Positions 50,005 through 59,168 of a stretch of 64,000 nt of DNA are shown here, piece by piece; positions within the stretch are counted from its first letter, which is position 1, and each line of letters begins with the position of its first letter. Location: the NCBI GenBank assembly GCA_965198005.1, contig CBDAOI010000004.1, positions 1,056,001 to 1,120,000 of the forward strand, read 5' to 3'. Made by a program: the position numbers and the translations under genes. This stretch comes from Spirochaetia bacterium. Lineage in GTDB: Bacteria > Spirochaetota > Spirochaetia > SZUA-6 > Bin103. Under the pieces are notes generated by a model. The model did no database searches. It saw nothing but the letters and a program-made list of their open reading frames with translations, and had not been told where the DNA came from.

Positions 50005-50851
50005 TGATTTCGAGGATCGACCATCCTATGAGGAGTACACGGATTGGTACTCCAAACGGTTTCAGGATGACCTGCGCGATGGCCTTGCAAAACAATGGTA
50101 CGAGGATGTTACCGACGATTCAATTCAGAGGTTGGAGGAGTCTGTCTTTTGGCAGAAACTGCAGGAGCGCTTGAGTGCGTGGAACGAATCCTTTACAGTA
50201 ATCCACGAAGGATTCTCACTATTTGGGGCGACACCTCAGCCGACAGGTATCAAGAAAAAGCCTTTCGATTCAGTGCTGAATAAGTCCTTCAGGTGGAACG
50301 TGCTTGAGAATAGAACATGGCCGGATCCGCCTGAGAGGTTACAGAGTACGGCGTCGAAGTCCGACGAACGCTACCCTGACCACCCGCGGTTTTGGTCTGG
50401 CCCCCACAACTGGCTGGATACCTTCTCCGACATCTTCCGAGTACGGCTCACGACAACCTACTTCGACGGTGTCAGATACTTGGCCGAAAACGTTAAGGAA
50501 CTTGCCGAGCAAATCACTTCGGATCCGCCGGAGTGGCAGCTTCACGCTTCACATGACGGTTATCATGCGGCTCACCTTGGGATTTCTCACCGGTTAGACA
50601 TACTCGACTACGAGAACAACGATCCGGTCCCTGTTCGAATTCAGCTAGAGATTCAAGTGACGACGACGATTCAGGAAACGATCAACGAATTGCTTCATCG
50701 AGTATATGCAGACTGGCGAGTGAATGGTCGTCCTCATGATTGGGAATGGGACCACCGAGACCCTGCTTTCTCGGTAAACTATCTTGGGAGCACGCTTCAC
50801 TACTTGGAGGGAATGATCGTGATGGCACGTGATGAGAAGAGGAGCAACTAA
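49994..50851 (+). CDS. RelA/SpoT-family small alarmone synthetase-like nucleotidyltransferase (divergent)
   Basis: KxKPFDSVLNK (Syn1), DIFRVR (Syn2), GYHAAH (Syn3), EIQVTTTIQ (Syn4), LHRVY; no HD hydrolase domain. Confidence 0.72.
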   Translation: MMPSDFEDRPSYEEYTDWYSKRFQDDLRDGLAKQWYEDVTDDSIQRLEESVFWQKLQERLSAWNESFTVIHEGFSLFGATPQPTGIKKKPFDSVLNKSFRWNVLENRTWPDPPERLQSTASKSDERYPDHPRFWSGPHNWLDTFSDIFRVRLTTTYFDGVRYLAENVKELAEQITSDPPEWQLHASHDGYHAAHLGISHRLDILDYENNDPVPVRIQLEIQVTTTIQETINELLHRVYADWRVNGRPHDWEWDHRDPAFSVNYLGSTLHYLEGMIVMARDEKRSN

Positions 50852-51297
50852 TGGACACTTATTGGCCGGATTACATGGAGGCACCAGTCAGACACAAGTT
50901 GACCGAGGTCATGCAGACGGTGATCGAGAAGCTACCTGAGAAACCTGATAAGGCATTTGTTTGCACGGACAGAAGTGTGGGAGCACGGAGTTATTTTTGT
51001 ATTTGGTTGTTCACCCAGAAACTAATGGTGAAGATTCGTAACTCGCTTAATCAAGATAGAATCCAGTATGAAATGTACCGGTTTGAGAATGCGGTCGATT
51101 GGATCCGACTAAACGCTCGTAGATACGATTTCAAGAAGCCTATGTCGGATTCACAGCTCGATCTCGAGTTCACTACGACTGACGGTGTGTCTGATGAACT
51201 CTCAGCGACGGGAGAAGGATGCCACTATCTGATGGAAATCTACCACGACAGATTCCTGTCGAATTTCGTTGCTACTCGCGGACAGCGATGCGACTGA
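50851..51297 (+). CDS. Hypothetical 148-aa protein overlapping the SAS-like gene
   Basis: TAATG stop/start overlap, GAGGAG RBS, AT-rich codon usage like the upstream gene. Confidence 0.75.
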   Translation: MDTYWPDYMEAPVRHKLTEVMQTVIEKLPEKPDKAFVCTDRSVGARSYFCIWLFTQKLMVKIRNSLNQDRIQYEMYRFENAVDWIRLNARRYDFKKPMSDSQLDLEFTTTDGVSDELSATGEGCHYLMEIYHDRFLSNFVATRGQRCD

Positions 51298-51902
51298 TTT
51301 CTGCGTGCGGGGTGCTGCTGGCCGTGGCGGCTGCCGTTGGCCTGGGCGAGGGGGCGGCGGAGGGCGAGGTTGAGTTGGGCAGCTACGAGCTGGTGGGGAC
51401 CGGGCACGTGCTGGACCATCCGGCCGGCTGGACGGCGACGCGCGAGACGATGTACGACGAGGGGCGGTTGGTGAACACGCTGACGGTGATCACCGAGCTG
51501 CCCGAGGACCAGGACCTGGCGCGGGTGCCGCGCGGGTACCGGCTGATCGTGGATCACCTGCGGGTCGGGCACTTCGCGCACGCGATCCGCCCGGATGAGC
51601 AGTACCAGTCGCTGCTGGAGTTCTACGTCCGGTTCTACGATTGGCCGGAGCCGGCCGAGACCGAGCTGATCGAGCTGTTCGAGCGGCACGCGGTGCAGAT
51701 GAAGGCGCGCAACGCGGACGGCAGTTGGGAATACGCGGCAGTGGGCGTCGGGGTTTTCCGCCAGCTCCACCGCATCGGCTACGCCATCCAGCTCACCGCG
51801 CCGGCCTCCAAGCCGGTCTGGGAGCGCGAGCCGGTCTGGGCCGCGATCATCGGCAGCGTGCGGCGCGCTCCGGCCGACGCCGCGGGCGATGCCGCCTCAT
51901 GA
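51288..51902 (+). CDS. Hypothetical secreted protein (PsbP/Mog1-like pattern possible)
   Basis: Signal-like N-terminus, HPAGW, C-terminal W.AII.SV; high GC resumes. Confidence 0.6.
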   Translation: MRLISACGVLLAVAAAVGLGEGAAEGEVELGSYELVGTGHVLDHPAGWTATRETMYDEGRLVNTLTVITELPEDQDLARVPRGYRLIVDHLRVGHFAHAIRPDEQYQSLLEFYVRFYDWPEPAETELIELFERHAVQMKARNADGSWEYAAVGVGVFRQLHRIGYAIQLTAPASKPVWEREPVWAAIIGSVRRAPADAAGDAAS

Positions 51903-51916
51903 GGAGCACGCGGTAA

Positions 51917-53020
51917 ATGGCCGACCCCCGTTACCGGCGGCTGGCGGACGTCATCGTCCGCCATTCCTGCGCCGTCCGCGCCGGCGACAAGGTGCTGATC
52001 GAGGCCTTCGACCTGCCCGAGCAGTTTCTGGTGGTGCTGATCGACACGGTGGCCGCGGCCGGCGGCCATCCGCTGTGCGTGACCAAGAGCAACCGCGTGC
52101 TGCGCGCGCTCTACCGCAACGCGACGCGCGCGCAGATGGAAGTGTGGGGCAGCGTCGAGCGCCGGCAGATGGAGCAGATGCAGTGCTACGTGGGGCTGCG
52201 CGGCAGCCACAACAGCACCGAGCTGGGCGACGTTCCGCACGAGCGGTACGCCCACTACCAGCGCCACGTCTGGCATCAGGTACACGTGGAGCTGCGTGTC
52301 AAGCAGACCCGCTGGGTGGTGCTGCGCTGGCCGACCCCGTCCATGGCGCAGCAGGCGCAGATGAGCACCGACGCGTTCGAGGAGTTCTTCTTCGACGTAT
52401 GCACGGTCGACTACGCGGCGATGGCCCGCTCGATGGAGCCGCTGCGGGAACTGATGGAGCGCACCGACCGCGTGCGCATCGTCGGTCCCGGCACCGACCT
52501 CTCGTTTTCGATCCGCGGCATTCCCGTGGTCGGCTGCTCGGGCGAGCGCAACCTCCCGGACGGCGAGATGTTCACCAGTCCGGTGCGGAACTCGGTGCAG
52601 GGCACGCTGGCGGTGAACACGCCCAGTCTCAACCGGGGCATCGTGTTCGACGACCTGCGGTTCGAGTTCGACGCCGGCCGGATCGTCAGCGCCGGCGCCA
52701 ACCACGAGCCGGAGCTGCGCCGCATCCTGGATACCGACCCGGGCGCGCGCTACGTCGGGGAGTTCTCCCTCGGCTTCAACCCGCGCATCATGAACCCGAT
52801 GCTCGACACCCTGTTCGACGAGAAGATCGCCGGATCGTTTCACTTCACGCCCGGGCAGGCGTACGCGGAGGCGGACAACGGCAACCGTTCCGAGATCCAC
52901 TGGGACTTGGTGGTAATCCAGCGCCCCGAGTTCGGCGGCGGCGAGATCTACTTCGACGACCGCCTGATCCGCAAGGACGGCGAGTTCGTGCCGGAGGAGT
53001 TGCGCGCGCTCAATCCGTGA
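51917..53020 (+). CDS. M29 family aminopeptidase (AmpS/T-like)
   Basis: GPGTDL.FS, NLPDGE.FT, GEFSLG.N, LFDEKI.G..H...G..Y, HWD. Confidence 0.92.
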   Translation: MADPRYRRLADVIVRHSCAVRAGDKVLIEAFDLPEQFLVVLIDTVAAAGGHPLCVTKSNRVLRALYRNATRAQMEVWGSVERRQMEQMQCYVGLRGSHNSTELGDVPHERYAHYQRHVWHQVHVELRVKQTRWVVLRWPTPSMAQQAQMSTDAFEEFFFDVCTVDYAAMARSMEPLRELMERTDRVRIVGPGTDLSFSIRGIPVVGCSGERNLPDGEMFTSPVRNSVQGTLAVNTPSLNRGIVFDDLRFEFDAGRIVSAGANHEPELRRILDTDPGARYVGEFSLGFNPRIMNPMLDTLFDEKIAGSFHFTPGQAYAEADNGNRSEIHWDLVVIQRPEFGGGEIYFDDRLIRKDGEFVPEELRALNP

Positions 53021-53023
53021 GGC

Positions 53024-54061
53024 TCAGCTCCCGGCGTTGCGGCGGCTCGCGAATTGCTCCCAGGCGACCAGGAACAGAGTTGCGATGACGGGGCCGACCA
53101 GGAAGCCCACCAACCCCAGCCAGGCCAGCCCGCCCAGCGTGGAGACCAGCACCAGCGCCGGGTGCAGCCCCGAGCGATCCCCCACCAGGCGCGGGCGCAG
53201 CACGTTCTGGCTCAGCGTGGCGCCGGCCACCCCGACCACCATCAGCCCCACGCCGCGGCCCACGTCGCCGAGCACGATGGCGATGATGCCGGCCGGCACG
53301 ATCACGGCGTTGATGCCGAGCAGCGGCAGCACCGACGCCACGATCATCACCAGTCCCCAGAGCGTGGGCGAGGTGAACCCGAAGACCAGGAACAGCAGCC
53401 CGCCGAAGGTGCCCTCGATCACCCCGATCGCGACCGTGCCCACCACGGTCGCGTCCAGGGTGCGGGCGGCCTTGCGCATCAACTCGCGCGAGCGCGCGCG
53501 GTCGAGCGGCAGCAGCCGGTGGACGTGCTCGACCAGCCGGTCGCCGTCGCGCAGCAGGTAGATCACCACGTAGACCACGACCACCGTGCTCACCGCAAGG
53601 CTCGCGGCCCCGGCGAACACGGCCTGGGTCAGACCCAGCATCCGGGTGGCGGCGTTGCCGACCAGCTCCGAGACGCGCTGCTCGAGCTGGTACTCCGCCG
53701 CCAGCGCCTGCAGCCCGGGCAGCGTACGCTGGCCCCAGGCGAGGAGCTCGGGCCACTGCGCCCGAATCGTGCTGACGGCCTGCTCGATCTCCGCGGTCAC
53801 CAGCAACCCGATCGCCAGCAGCGGCACCGAGACCAGGACCAGCAGCGCGACCAGGATCAGAACCGTGGCCAGCCCCCGCCCCAGCCCCCAGCGCCGGGTG
53901 AGCAGTGCGAACGGGTGCCGGGCCAGCACCGCCAGGATCACCGCCACCATCAGCGCCACCAGCAGCGGCGCCAGCAGCCGGGCGAAGGCCGCGGTCAGCA
54001 CCGCCAGCAGCACCAGAAAAAACGCCCCCTGAATCCGCTCTCTATCCATTGCGATATCCAT
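53024..54061 (-). CDS. AI-2E family transporter
   Basis: Multi-TM; Y.LRDG, N.LRP.LVG....HP..V....GG...G..GF.VGP. Confidence 0.9.
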   Translation of the reverse strand: MDIAMDRERIQGAFFLVLLAVLTAAFARLLAPLLVALMVAVILAVLARHPFALLTRRWGLGRGLATVLILVALLVLVSVPLLAIGLLVTAEIEQAVSTIRAQWPELLAWGQRTLPGLQALAAEYQLEQRVSELVGNAATRMLGLTQAVFAGAASLAVSTVVVVYVVIYLLRDGDRLVEHVHRLLPLDRARSRELMRKAARTLDATVVGTVAIGVIEGTFGGLLFLVFGFTSPTLWGLVMIVASVLPLLGINAVIVPAGIIAIVLGDVGRGVGLMVVGVAGATLSQNVLRPRLVGDRSGLHPALVLVSTLGGLAWLGLVGFLVGPVIATLFLVAWEQFASRRNAGS

Positions 54062-54115
54062 TGCGATCCATTGCGTGCGATCCGTTGCGCAGTTTTGCGC
54101 AGTTTTGCGCAGTTT
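54044..54115. repeat. 10-bp-period tandem repeats (ATCCATTGCG x3-4, CAGTTTTGCG x2.6)
   Basis: atccattgcg-at-atccattgcg-atccattgcg-tgcg-atccgttgcg-cagttttgcg-cagttttgcg-cagttt. Confidence 0.8.
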
Positions 54116-54548
54116 ACTCCTCGGGCGCCTCCTGGTCGTCGCCCGCCGTGTTGAACGCCGCCACCGCGACCAGCGCGGCCACCAGCGCGTTGGTGATCAG
54201 CCAGGCGCGCTCGTCGGCCACGGTCTGCTCGATCAGCACCCCGAACAATGGGAACACCACGTACGGAGCCGGAGCGAACGCCGCGGCCCCGAGTCGGATC
54301 GCCAGCGCCGCCCCGACGCCCATGCAGGCGCCGGCGACCATCAGGCGGAGGATCGCGCCGCTCTGTTCCAGCCACGAGTTGAACAGCAGCAGCACCACCG
54401 GCAGCGCCGCGGAATAGAATAGAAAGAACCCGTGTCCCGACTCGCCCAGGAGGACGACGTCCAGGTCGGGGATCCGATAGGAGAAGACCCCGGCAGTCAC
54501 GCCCACCGTGGCGAGCAACACGATGCGGAACATGGACGTATCCTGCAC
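54114..54548 (-). CDS. Hypothetical membrane protein
   Basis: Several hydrophobic segments; PDLD...H motif reminiscent of membrane metal-dependent hydrolase-like proteins; start may be 54533. Confidence 0.55.
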   Translation of the reverse strand: MQDTSMFRIVLLATVGVTAGVFSYRIPDLDVVLLGESGHGFFLFYSAALPVVLLLFNSWLEQSGAILRLMVAGACMGVGAALAIRLGAAAFAPAPYVVFPLFGVLIEQTVADERAWLITNALVAALVAVAAFNTAGDDQEAPEE

Positions 54549-54605
54549 CCGACAACGCGGACTGAAAAGGGACTGCCCGTTTCTGATAGGCTATCGGTCG
54601 AGAAG

Positions 54606-57314
54606 ATGCAGACCACACCCGCAAGAACCGCGCGCCAGATCCGCCAGGAGTACCTCGACTACTTCGCGGAGCGCGACCATACCGTCGTCCCGAGCGCTCC
54701 GGTGGTCCCGGCCGACGATCCGACGCTGCTGTTCACCAACGCCGGCATGAACCAGTTCAAGGACGTGTTCCTGGCCACCGGCACGCGCACCTATCGGCGC
54801 GCGGTGAACTCGCAGAAGTGCATCCGGGTCAGCGGCAAGCACAACGACCTGGAGGAGGTGGGCCATGACACCTATCACCACACCTACTTCGAGATGCTGG
54901 GCAACTGGTCGTTCGGAGACTACTTCAAGCGTGAGGCGATCGCCTGGGCGTGGGATCTGCTCACCGGCCGCTGGGGGATTCCCAAGCAGCGGCTGTACGC
55001 CACGGTGTTCGCGGGCGACGCCGGCGACGGACTGCCGGCCGACGACGAGGCCGAGCAGTTGTGGCGCTCGGAAACCGACATCGATCCCGCCCACGTGCTC
55101 CGCTTCGGCAAGAAGGACAACTTCTGGGAGATGGCGGACACCGGACCGTGCGGCCCCAACTCCGAGATCCACGTCGACCTGACGCCGGATCGCTCGGGCG
55201 GCGCCCTGGTCAACGCCGGCGACCCGCGCGTCATGGAGCTCTGGAACCTGGTGTTCATCCAGTTCAACCGCACCGGCGCCGGCGCCCTGGAATCCCTGCC
55301 CGCCAAGCACGTCGATACCGGGATGGGGTTCGAGCGGATGGTGGCGGTGCTGCAGGGCACCGACAACTACGGCACCGACGTGTTCGCCCCGCTGCTGGAG
55401 CGGATCGGGGAACTGGCGGGGGTGAGCTACGCAACGGCCACCGAGCAGCAGCAGGTGGCATTCCGGGTGCTGGCGGACCACGTGCGGATGTTGAGCTTCT
55501 CGATCGCCGACGGCGCGCTGCCGTCGAACGAGGGCCGCGGCTACGTGCTGCGCCGCCTGCTGCGGCGCGCGGCCCGCTACGGTAGACGGCTGGAGTTGCG
55601 CGAACCGTTCATCCACCGGCTGGTGGAGACGGTCGCGCAGATGCACGCGCAGGAGTTCCCCGAAGTGGCCGCGCGCGCCGCCTACGTCGGCGAGGTGATC
55701 AAGGCGGAGGAGGGGAGCTTCAACCGCACCCTGGGCCGCGGCCTGGAGATCTTCGCCGGCATCGTGCGCGCGGTGGCCGCGGCCGGCGCGTCGGCGGTGC
55801 CGGGCGCCGAGGCGTTCCGGCTGTACGACACCTACGGCTTTCCCCTGGACCTGACGCGGGTGATGGCGCAGGAACGGGGTCTGACCGTGGATGAACCGGG
55901 CTTCGAGGCCGCCATGGCGGCGCAGCGGGAGCGCGCCCGGCGCGCGGGCAAGTTCGCCGCCGGCCGGTTGGAGCACGCCGACTGGGTTACGGTGACCCCG
56001 CGGCGCGGGCCGCCACGGTTCGTGGGCTACGAACGGCTCGAGGTGGAGACCGCCATCCACCGGGTGGCGCAAGAGGCGACCGCGGACGGCACCGTCTATC
56101 ACGTGGTGCTGGCCGAGACGCCGTTTTACGCCGAGAGCGGCGGTCAGGTCGGGGACCGCGGCTCGATCGCCGGCGACGGGCTGGAGCTGCAGGTGGAGGA
56201 CGCCCAGCGCGACGGCGACTTCTCCATCTGCCGGTGCCGCGCACGCGCGGCGGCGGACGGCGCCGGCCGCGAAGGTGGTGGCCGCGCGCCGAGGTTCACC
56301 GGCGGTCCGGTGACCGCGCGCGTGGACCGCGCCCGCCGCCGCCCCACCACCGCCAATCACACTGCCACCCACCTGCTGCATGCCGCCCTGCGCCGGGTGC
56401 TGGGGGACCACGTGCACCAGGCGGGGTCGCTGGTGGCCCCCGAGCACCTGCGGTTCGACTTCACCCACTTCAAGCGGGTGGAGGCGGAGGAGCTGGCCGA
56501 GATCGAGCGCATCGTCAACGCCACGGTCCGCGACGACCACGCCGTGGAGTACTTCACCACCGCCTTCGACCACGCCCGCGGTTTGGGCGCGATGGCGCTG
56601 TTCGGGGAGAAGTACGGCGAGCAGGTGCGCGTGGTGCGGGTGGGCGATGCGGCGCAGCACGTCAGCCTGGAGCTGTGCGGCGGTTGCCACGTGGCCCGCA
56701 CCGGTGAGATCGGCCCGTTCCTGGTCACCTCGGAGGGCAGCATCGCCAGCGGCGTGCGGCGGATCGAGGCGGTCACCGCGGCTGCGGCGGTGGGCGTGAT
56801 GCAGACCCAGCGGGGGGTGCTGCAGGCAGTGACCGGCCTGATCGGCGGCGCTCCGGCGGAGCTGCAACACCGTGCCGGGGAGCTGGTGCGCCACGCGCGC
56901 CAACTCGAGAAACGGATCAAGGCGCTCGAGGCGGAGCGCACCGCGCACCAGGCCGCGGTGCTGGCCGCGCAGGCGGAGACGGTGGGCGACCTACGGCTGA
57001 TCGTGCACGCCTTCGAGCAGGAACAGCCGGCCGCGCTCAAGACGCTGGCGGAGAAGCTGCGCCTGGCCGCGCCGCGCACGGTGGCGTTCCTGGCGACGAC
57101 GCGCGGCGGAACGCTGGCACTTGCCTGTGCGGTGAGCGACGACCTGGCGGGCGCCGGAGTCTCCGCCGCGGAGCTGGTCAAGGCGGCGGCCGCGCGGGCG
57201 GGCGGCGGCGGCGGCGGACGGCCGACGCTGGCGACCGCCGGCGCCAGACGCGCCGACAACCTGGGCGCGGTGCTGGACGAGGTGCGGGCGCGGCTCGCCG
57301 GCCGTCCGGGCTGA
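54606..57314 (+). CDS. alaS: Alanine--tRNA ligase
   Basis: LLFTNAGMNQFK, HHTYFEMLGNWS, DTGMG.ER, editing HTATH/CGGCH. Confidence 0.98.
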   Translation: MQTTPARTARQIRQEYLDYFAERDHTVVPSAPVVPADDPTLLFTNAGMNQFKDVFLATGTRTYRRAVNSQKCIRVSGKHNDLEEVGHDTYHHTYFEMLGNWSFGDYFKREAIAWAWDLLTGRWGIPKQRLYATVFAGDAGDGLPADDEAEQLWRSETDIDPAHVLRFGKKDNFWEMADTGPCGPNSEIHVDLTPDRSGGALVNAGDPRVMELWNLVFIQFNRTGAGALESLPAKHVDTGMGFERMVAVLQGTDNYGTDVFAPLLERIGELAGVSYATATEQQQVAFRVLADHVRMLSFSIADGALPSNEGRGYVLRRLLRRAARYGRRLELREPFIHRLVETVAQMHAQEFPEVAARAAYVGEVIKAEEGSFNRTLGRGLEIFAGIVRAVAAAGASAVPGAEAFRLYDTYGFPLDLTRVMAQERGLTVDEPGFEAAMAAQRERARRAGKFAAGRLEHADWVTVTPRRGPPRFVGYERLEVETAIHRVAQEATADGTVYHVVLAETPFYAESGGQVGDRGSIAGDGLELQVEDAQRDGDFSICRCRARAAADGAGREGGGRAPRFTGGPVTARVDRARRRPTTANHTATHLLHAALRRVLGDHVHQAGSLVAPEHLRFDFTHFKRVEAEELAEIERIVNATVRDDHAVEYFTTAFDHARGLGAMALFGEKYGEQVRVVRVGDAAQHVSLELCGGCHVARTGEIGPFLVTSEGSIASGVRRIEAVTAAAAVGVMQTQRGVLQAVTGLIGGAPAELQHRAGELVRHARQLEKRIKALEAERTAHQAAVLAAQAETVGDLRLIVHAFEQEQPAALKTLAEKLRLAAPRTVAFLATTRGGTLALACAVSDDLAGAGVSAAELVKAAAARAGGGGGGRPTLATAGARRADNLGAVLDEVRARLAGRPG

Positions 57315-57412
57315 GTCGGTACGGCCATTCAAGTCAAGTTTGCAAGTTTGCAGCGAACACTTGGCGCGCGGGCGTCAATGGTGCACATTAGTCGGGTCAG
57401 GAGGGTCCATCC

Positions 57413-57655
57413 ATGTCACGCGTCTGCAAACTGACCGGCAAACGGCCGATGGCCGGCAACAATGTGTCCAAGGCCCACAACAAGACCCGGCGGGTGCAGC
57501 GGCCCAATCTGCAACGCAAGCGGATCTACCTGCCCGAGGAGGGCCGCACGGTGCGCGTGCGCCTGTCCACCCGTGCCCTGCGCACCGTCGACAAGAAGGG
57601 GCTGATGCAATTCCTGCGCGACGAGGGGTTGCGGCTCAGCGACGTCATCGTCTGA
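57413..57655 (+). CDS. rpmB: 50S ribosomal protein L28
   Basis: MSRVC.LTGK...GNNVS.A.NKTRR...PNLQ. Confidence 0.97.
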   Translation: MSRVCKLTGKRPMAGNNVSKAHNKTRRVQRPNLQRKRIYLPEEGRTVRVRLSTRALRTVDKKGLMQFLRDEGLRLSDVIV

Positions 57656-57677
57656 CCCGCTGGCGCGCCATCCGCAC

Positions 57678-58244
57678 ATGACCCGGATTGGGATCATCAA
57701 CGTTTCGGATCGCGCCGCGGCGGGGATCTACGAGGACCTGCCCGGCAAGGCGATCGTCGCCGCGCTCGGTGAATACCTGGTGTCGGACTGGACCCGGGAG
57801 TACCGCGTCGTCCCTGACGAGCGCGACCGGATCGCGGCCACCATGATCGAGCTGGCCGACACCCGCGGCTGCTGTCTGATCGTCACCTCCGGCGGCACCG
57901 GTCCGGCCGTGCGCGACGTCACCCCGGAGGCGACCGCGGACGCATGCGAGAAGATGCTGCCGGGGTTCGGCGAGTTGATGCGCCAGGTGAGTCTGCAGTA
58001 CGTCTCCACCGCGATTCTCTCGCGCCAGACCGCCGGGGTGCGCGGCGGAACGCTGATCATCAACCTGCCCGGTCGGCCGCGCGCCATCCGCCAGTGCCTG
58101 GACGCGGTGTTTCCGGCGGTCCCCTACTGCATCGATCTCCTCGGCGGGCCGCGTCTGGAGGTAGACCCGGCCGTGGTCAAGGCGTTCCGTCCCGGCGAGC
58201 AGCCGCGGTCGTCCACCGCGCCGCCGGCCGCGCCGTCGGCCTGA
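57678..58244 (+). CDS. mog: Molybdopterin adenylyltransferase
   Basis: VSDRA..GIYED, GGTGPA.RDVTPEAT, NLPG.P. Confidence 0.94.
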   Translation: MTRIGIINVSDRAAAGIYEDLPGKAIVAALGEYLVSDWTREYRVVPDERDRIAATMIELADTRGCCLIVTSGGTGPAVRDVTPEATADACEKMLPGFGELMRQVSLQYVSTAILSRQTAGVRGGTLIINLPGRPRAIRQCLDAVFPAVPYCIDLLGGPRLEVDPAVVKAFRPGEQPRSSTAPPAAPSA

Positions 58245-58268
58245 GCGCGGGGCGCGCACGACCGGCGC

Positions 58269-59099
58269 ATGACCATCGCCACCTGGAACGTCAACGGCAT
58301 GCAGGCGCGCGCCGGCTACGTCTGTCACTGGCTGCGGGCGCGCACGCCGGACGTCGTGCTGCTGCAGGAGCTCAAGCTGACCGATGACCGCTTCCCCTAC
58401 GAGGAGCTGCGTGCGGCCGGCTACGAGGCCGTGGCGCACGGCCAGAAGGGCTGGAACGGGGTGGCGATACTGACCCGTGGCGCGACCGTGGCAGCGCCCC
58501 GCGTCGTGGTGCGCGGGCTGCCGGGGCTGGCGGAGCAGGGGGCCCGGCTGCTCTGCGCGCTGGTGGAATTCGACGGCGGGGACGCGTTGCGCTGCTGCTC
58601 GGTGTACGTACCCAACGGACGCGCGGTCGATGACCCCGAGTTCGCGCGCAAGCTCGCGTTCCTGGACGGCCTGATCGACTACGCCGAGCGCGAGTTGGCG
58701 CACGGGTCCGCCCCACCGCTGGTCATCGGCGGCGACTTCAACCTCTGTCCGGGGGCGCTGGACACCTGGGACGAGGCCGCCTTGGCGGGCCGGATGTTCC
58801 ACACCGAGGCGGAACGGTCCCGCTTCCGGAAACTGGCTGAGCTGGGGCTGGTGGACCTGTTCCGGGAGCGGCATCCCGATCTGAAGCAGTTCTCGTGGTG
58901 GGATTATCGCGCCGGCCACTTCCACCAGAACCGCGGCCTGCGCATCGACCTGCTGCTGGCACCGCCGGCGGTGGGCGCGCGTACCGCCGAGGTGCGGATC
59001 GATCGCGACTACCGCAAGAAGAAGGAGGGCATGATCGCCAGCGATCACGCTCCAGTGATCGCCGAGATGCATCCGGTGCGAGACGGCCGCGGTGGCTGA
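58269..59099 (+). CDS. xth: Exodeoxyribonuclease III
   Basis: ATWNVN, LQELK, NGVAIL, YVPNG, GDFN, WWDYR, SDHAPV. Confidence 0.95.
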   Translation: MTIATWNVNGMQARAGYVCHWLRARTPDVVLLQELKLTDDRFPYEELRAAGYEAVAHGQKGWNGVAILTRGATVAAPRVVVRGLPGLAEQGARLLCALVEFDGGDALRCCSVYVPNGRAVDDPEFARKLAFLDGLIDYAERELAHGSAPPLVIGGDFNLCPGALDTWDEAALAGRMFHTEAERSRFRKLAELGLVDLFRERHPDLKQFSWWDYRAGHFHQNRGLRIDLLLAPPAVGARTAEVRIDRDYRKKKEGMIASDHAPVIAEMHPVRDGRGG

Positions 59100-59168
59100 C
59101 GGGCGCGCATCCGGCGCCGCCGTCACCCGCTTGCCAGAACCGCGCCGCCGGTCCACCCTGTGCGGGCT

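Noticed and set aside
47380-51330. att-like direct repeats bounding the low-GC cassette (GGGTGCT near both ends)
   Set aside because: Only about 7 bp match, expected by chance, and no integrase or tRNA target is nearby
54044-54115. Repeat array as a CRISPR
   Set aside because: Units are 10 bp with no unique spacers, and there are no cas genes in the window
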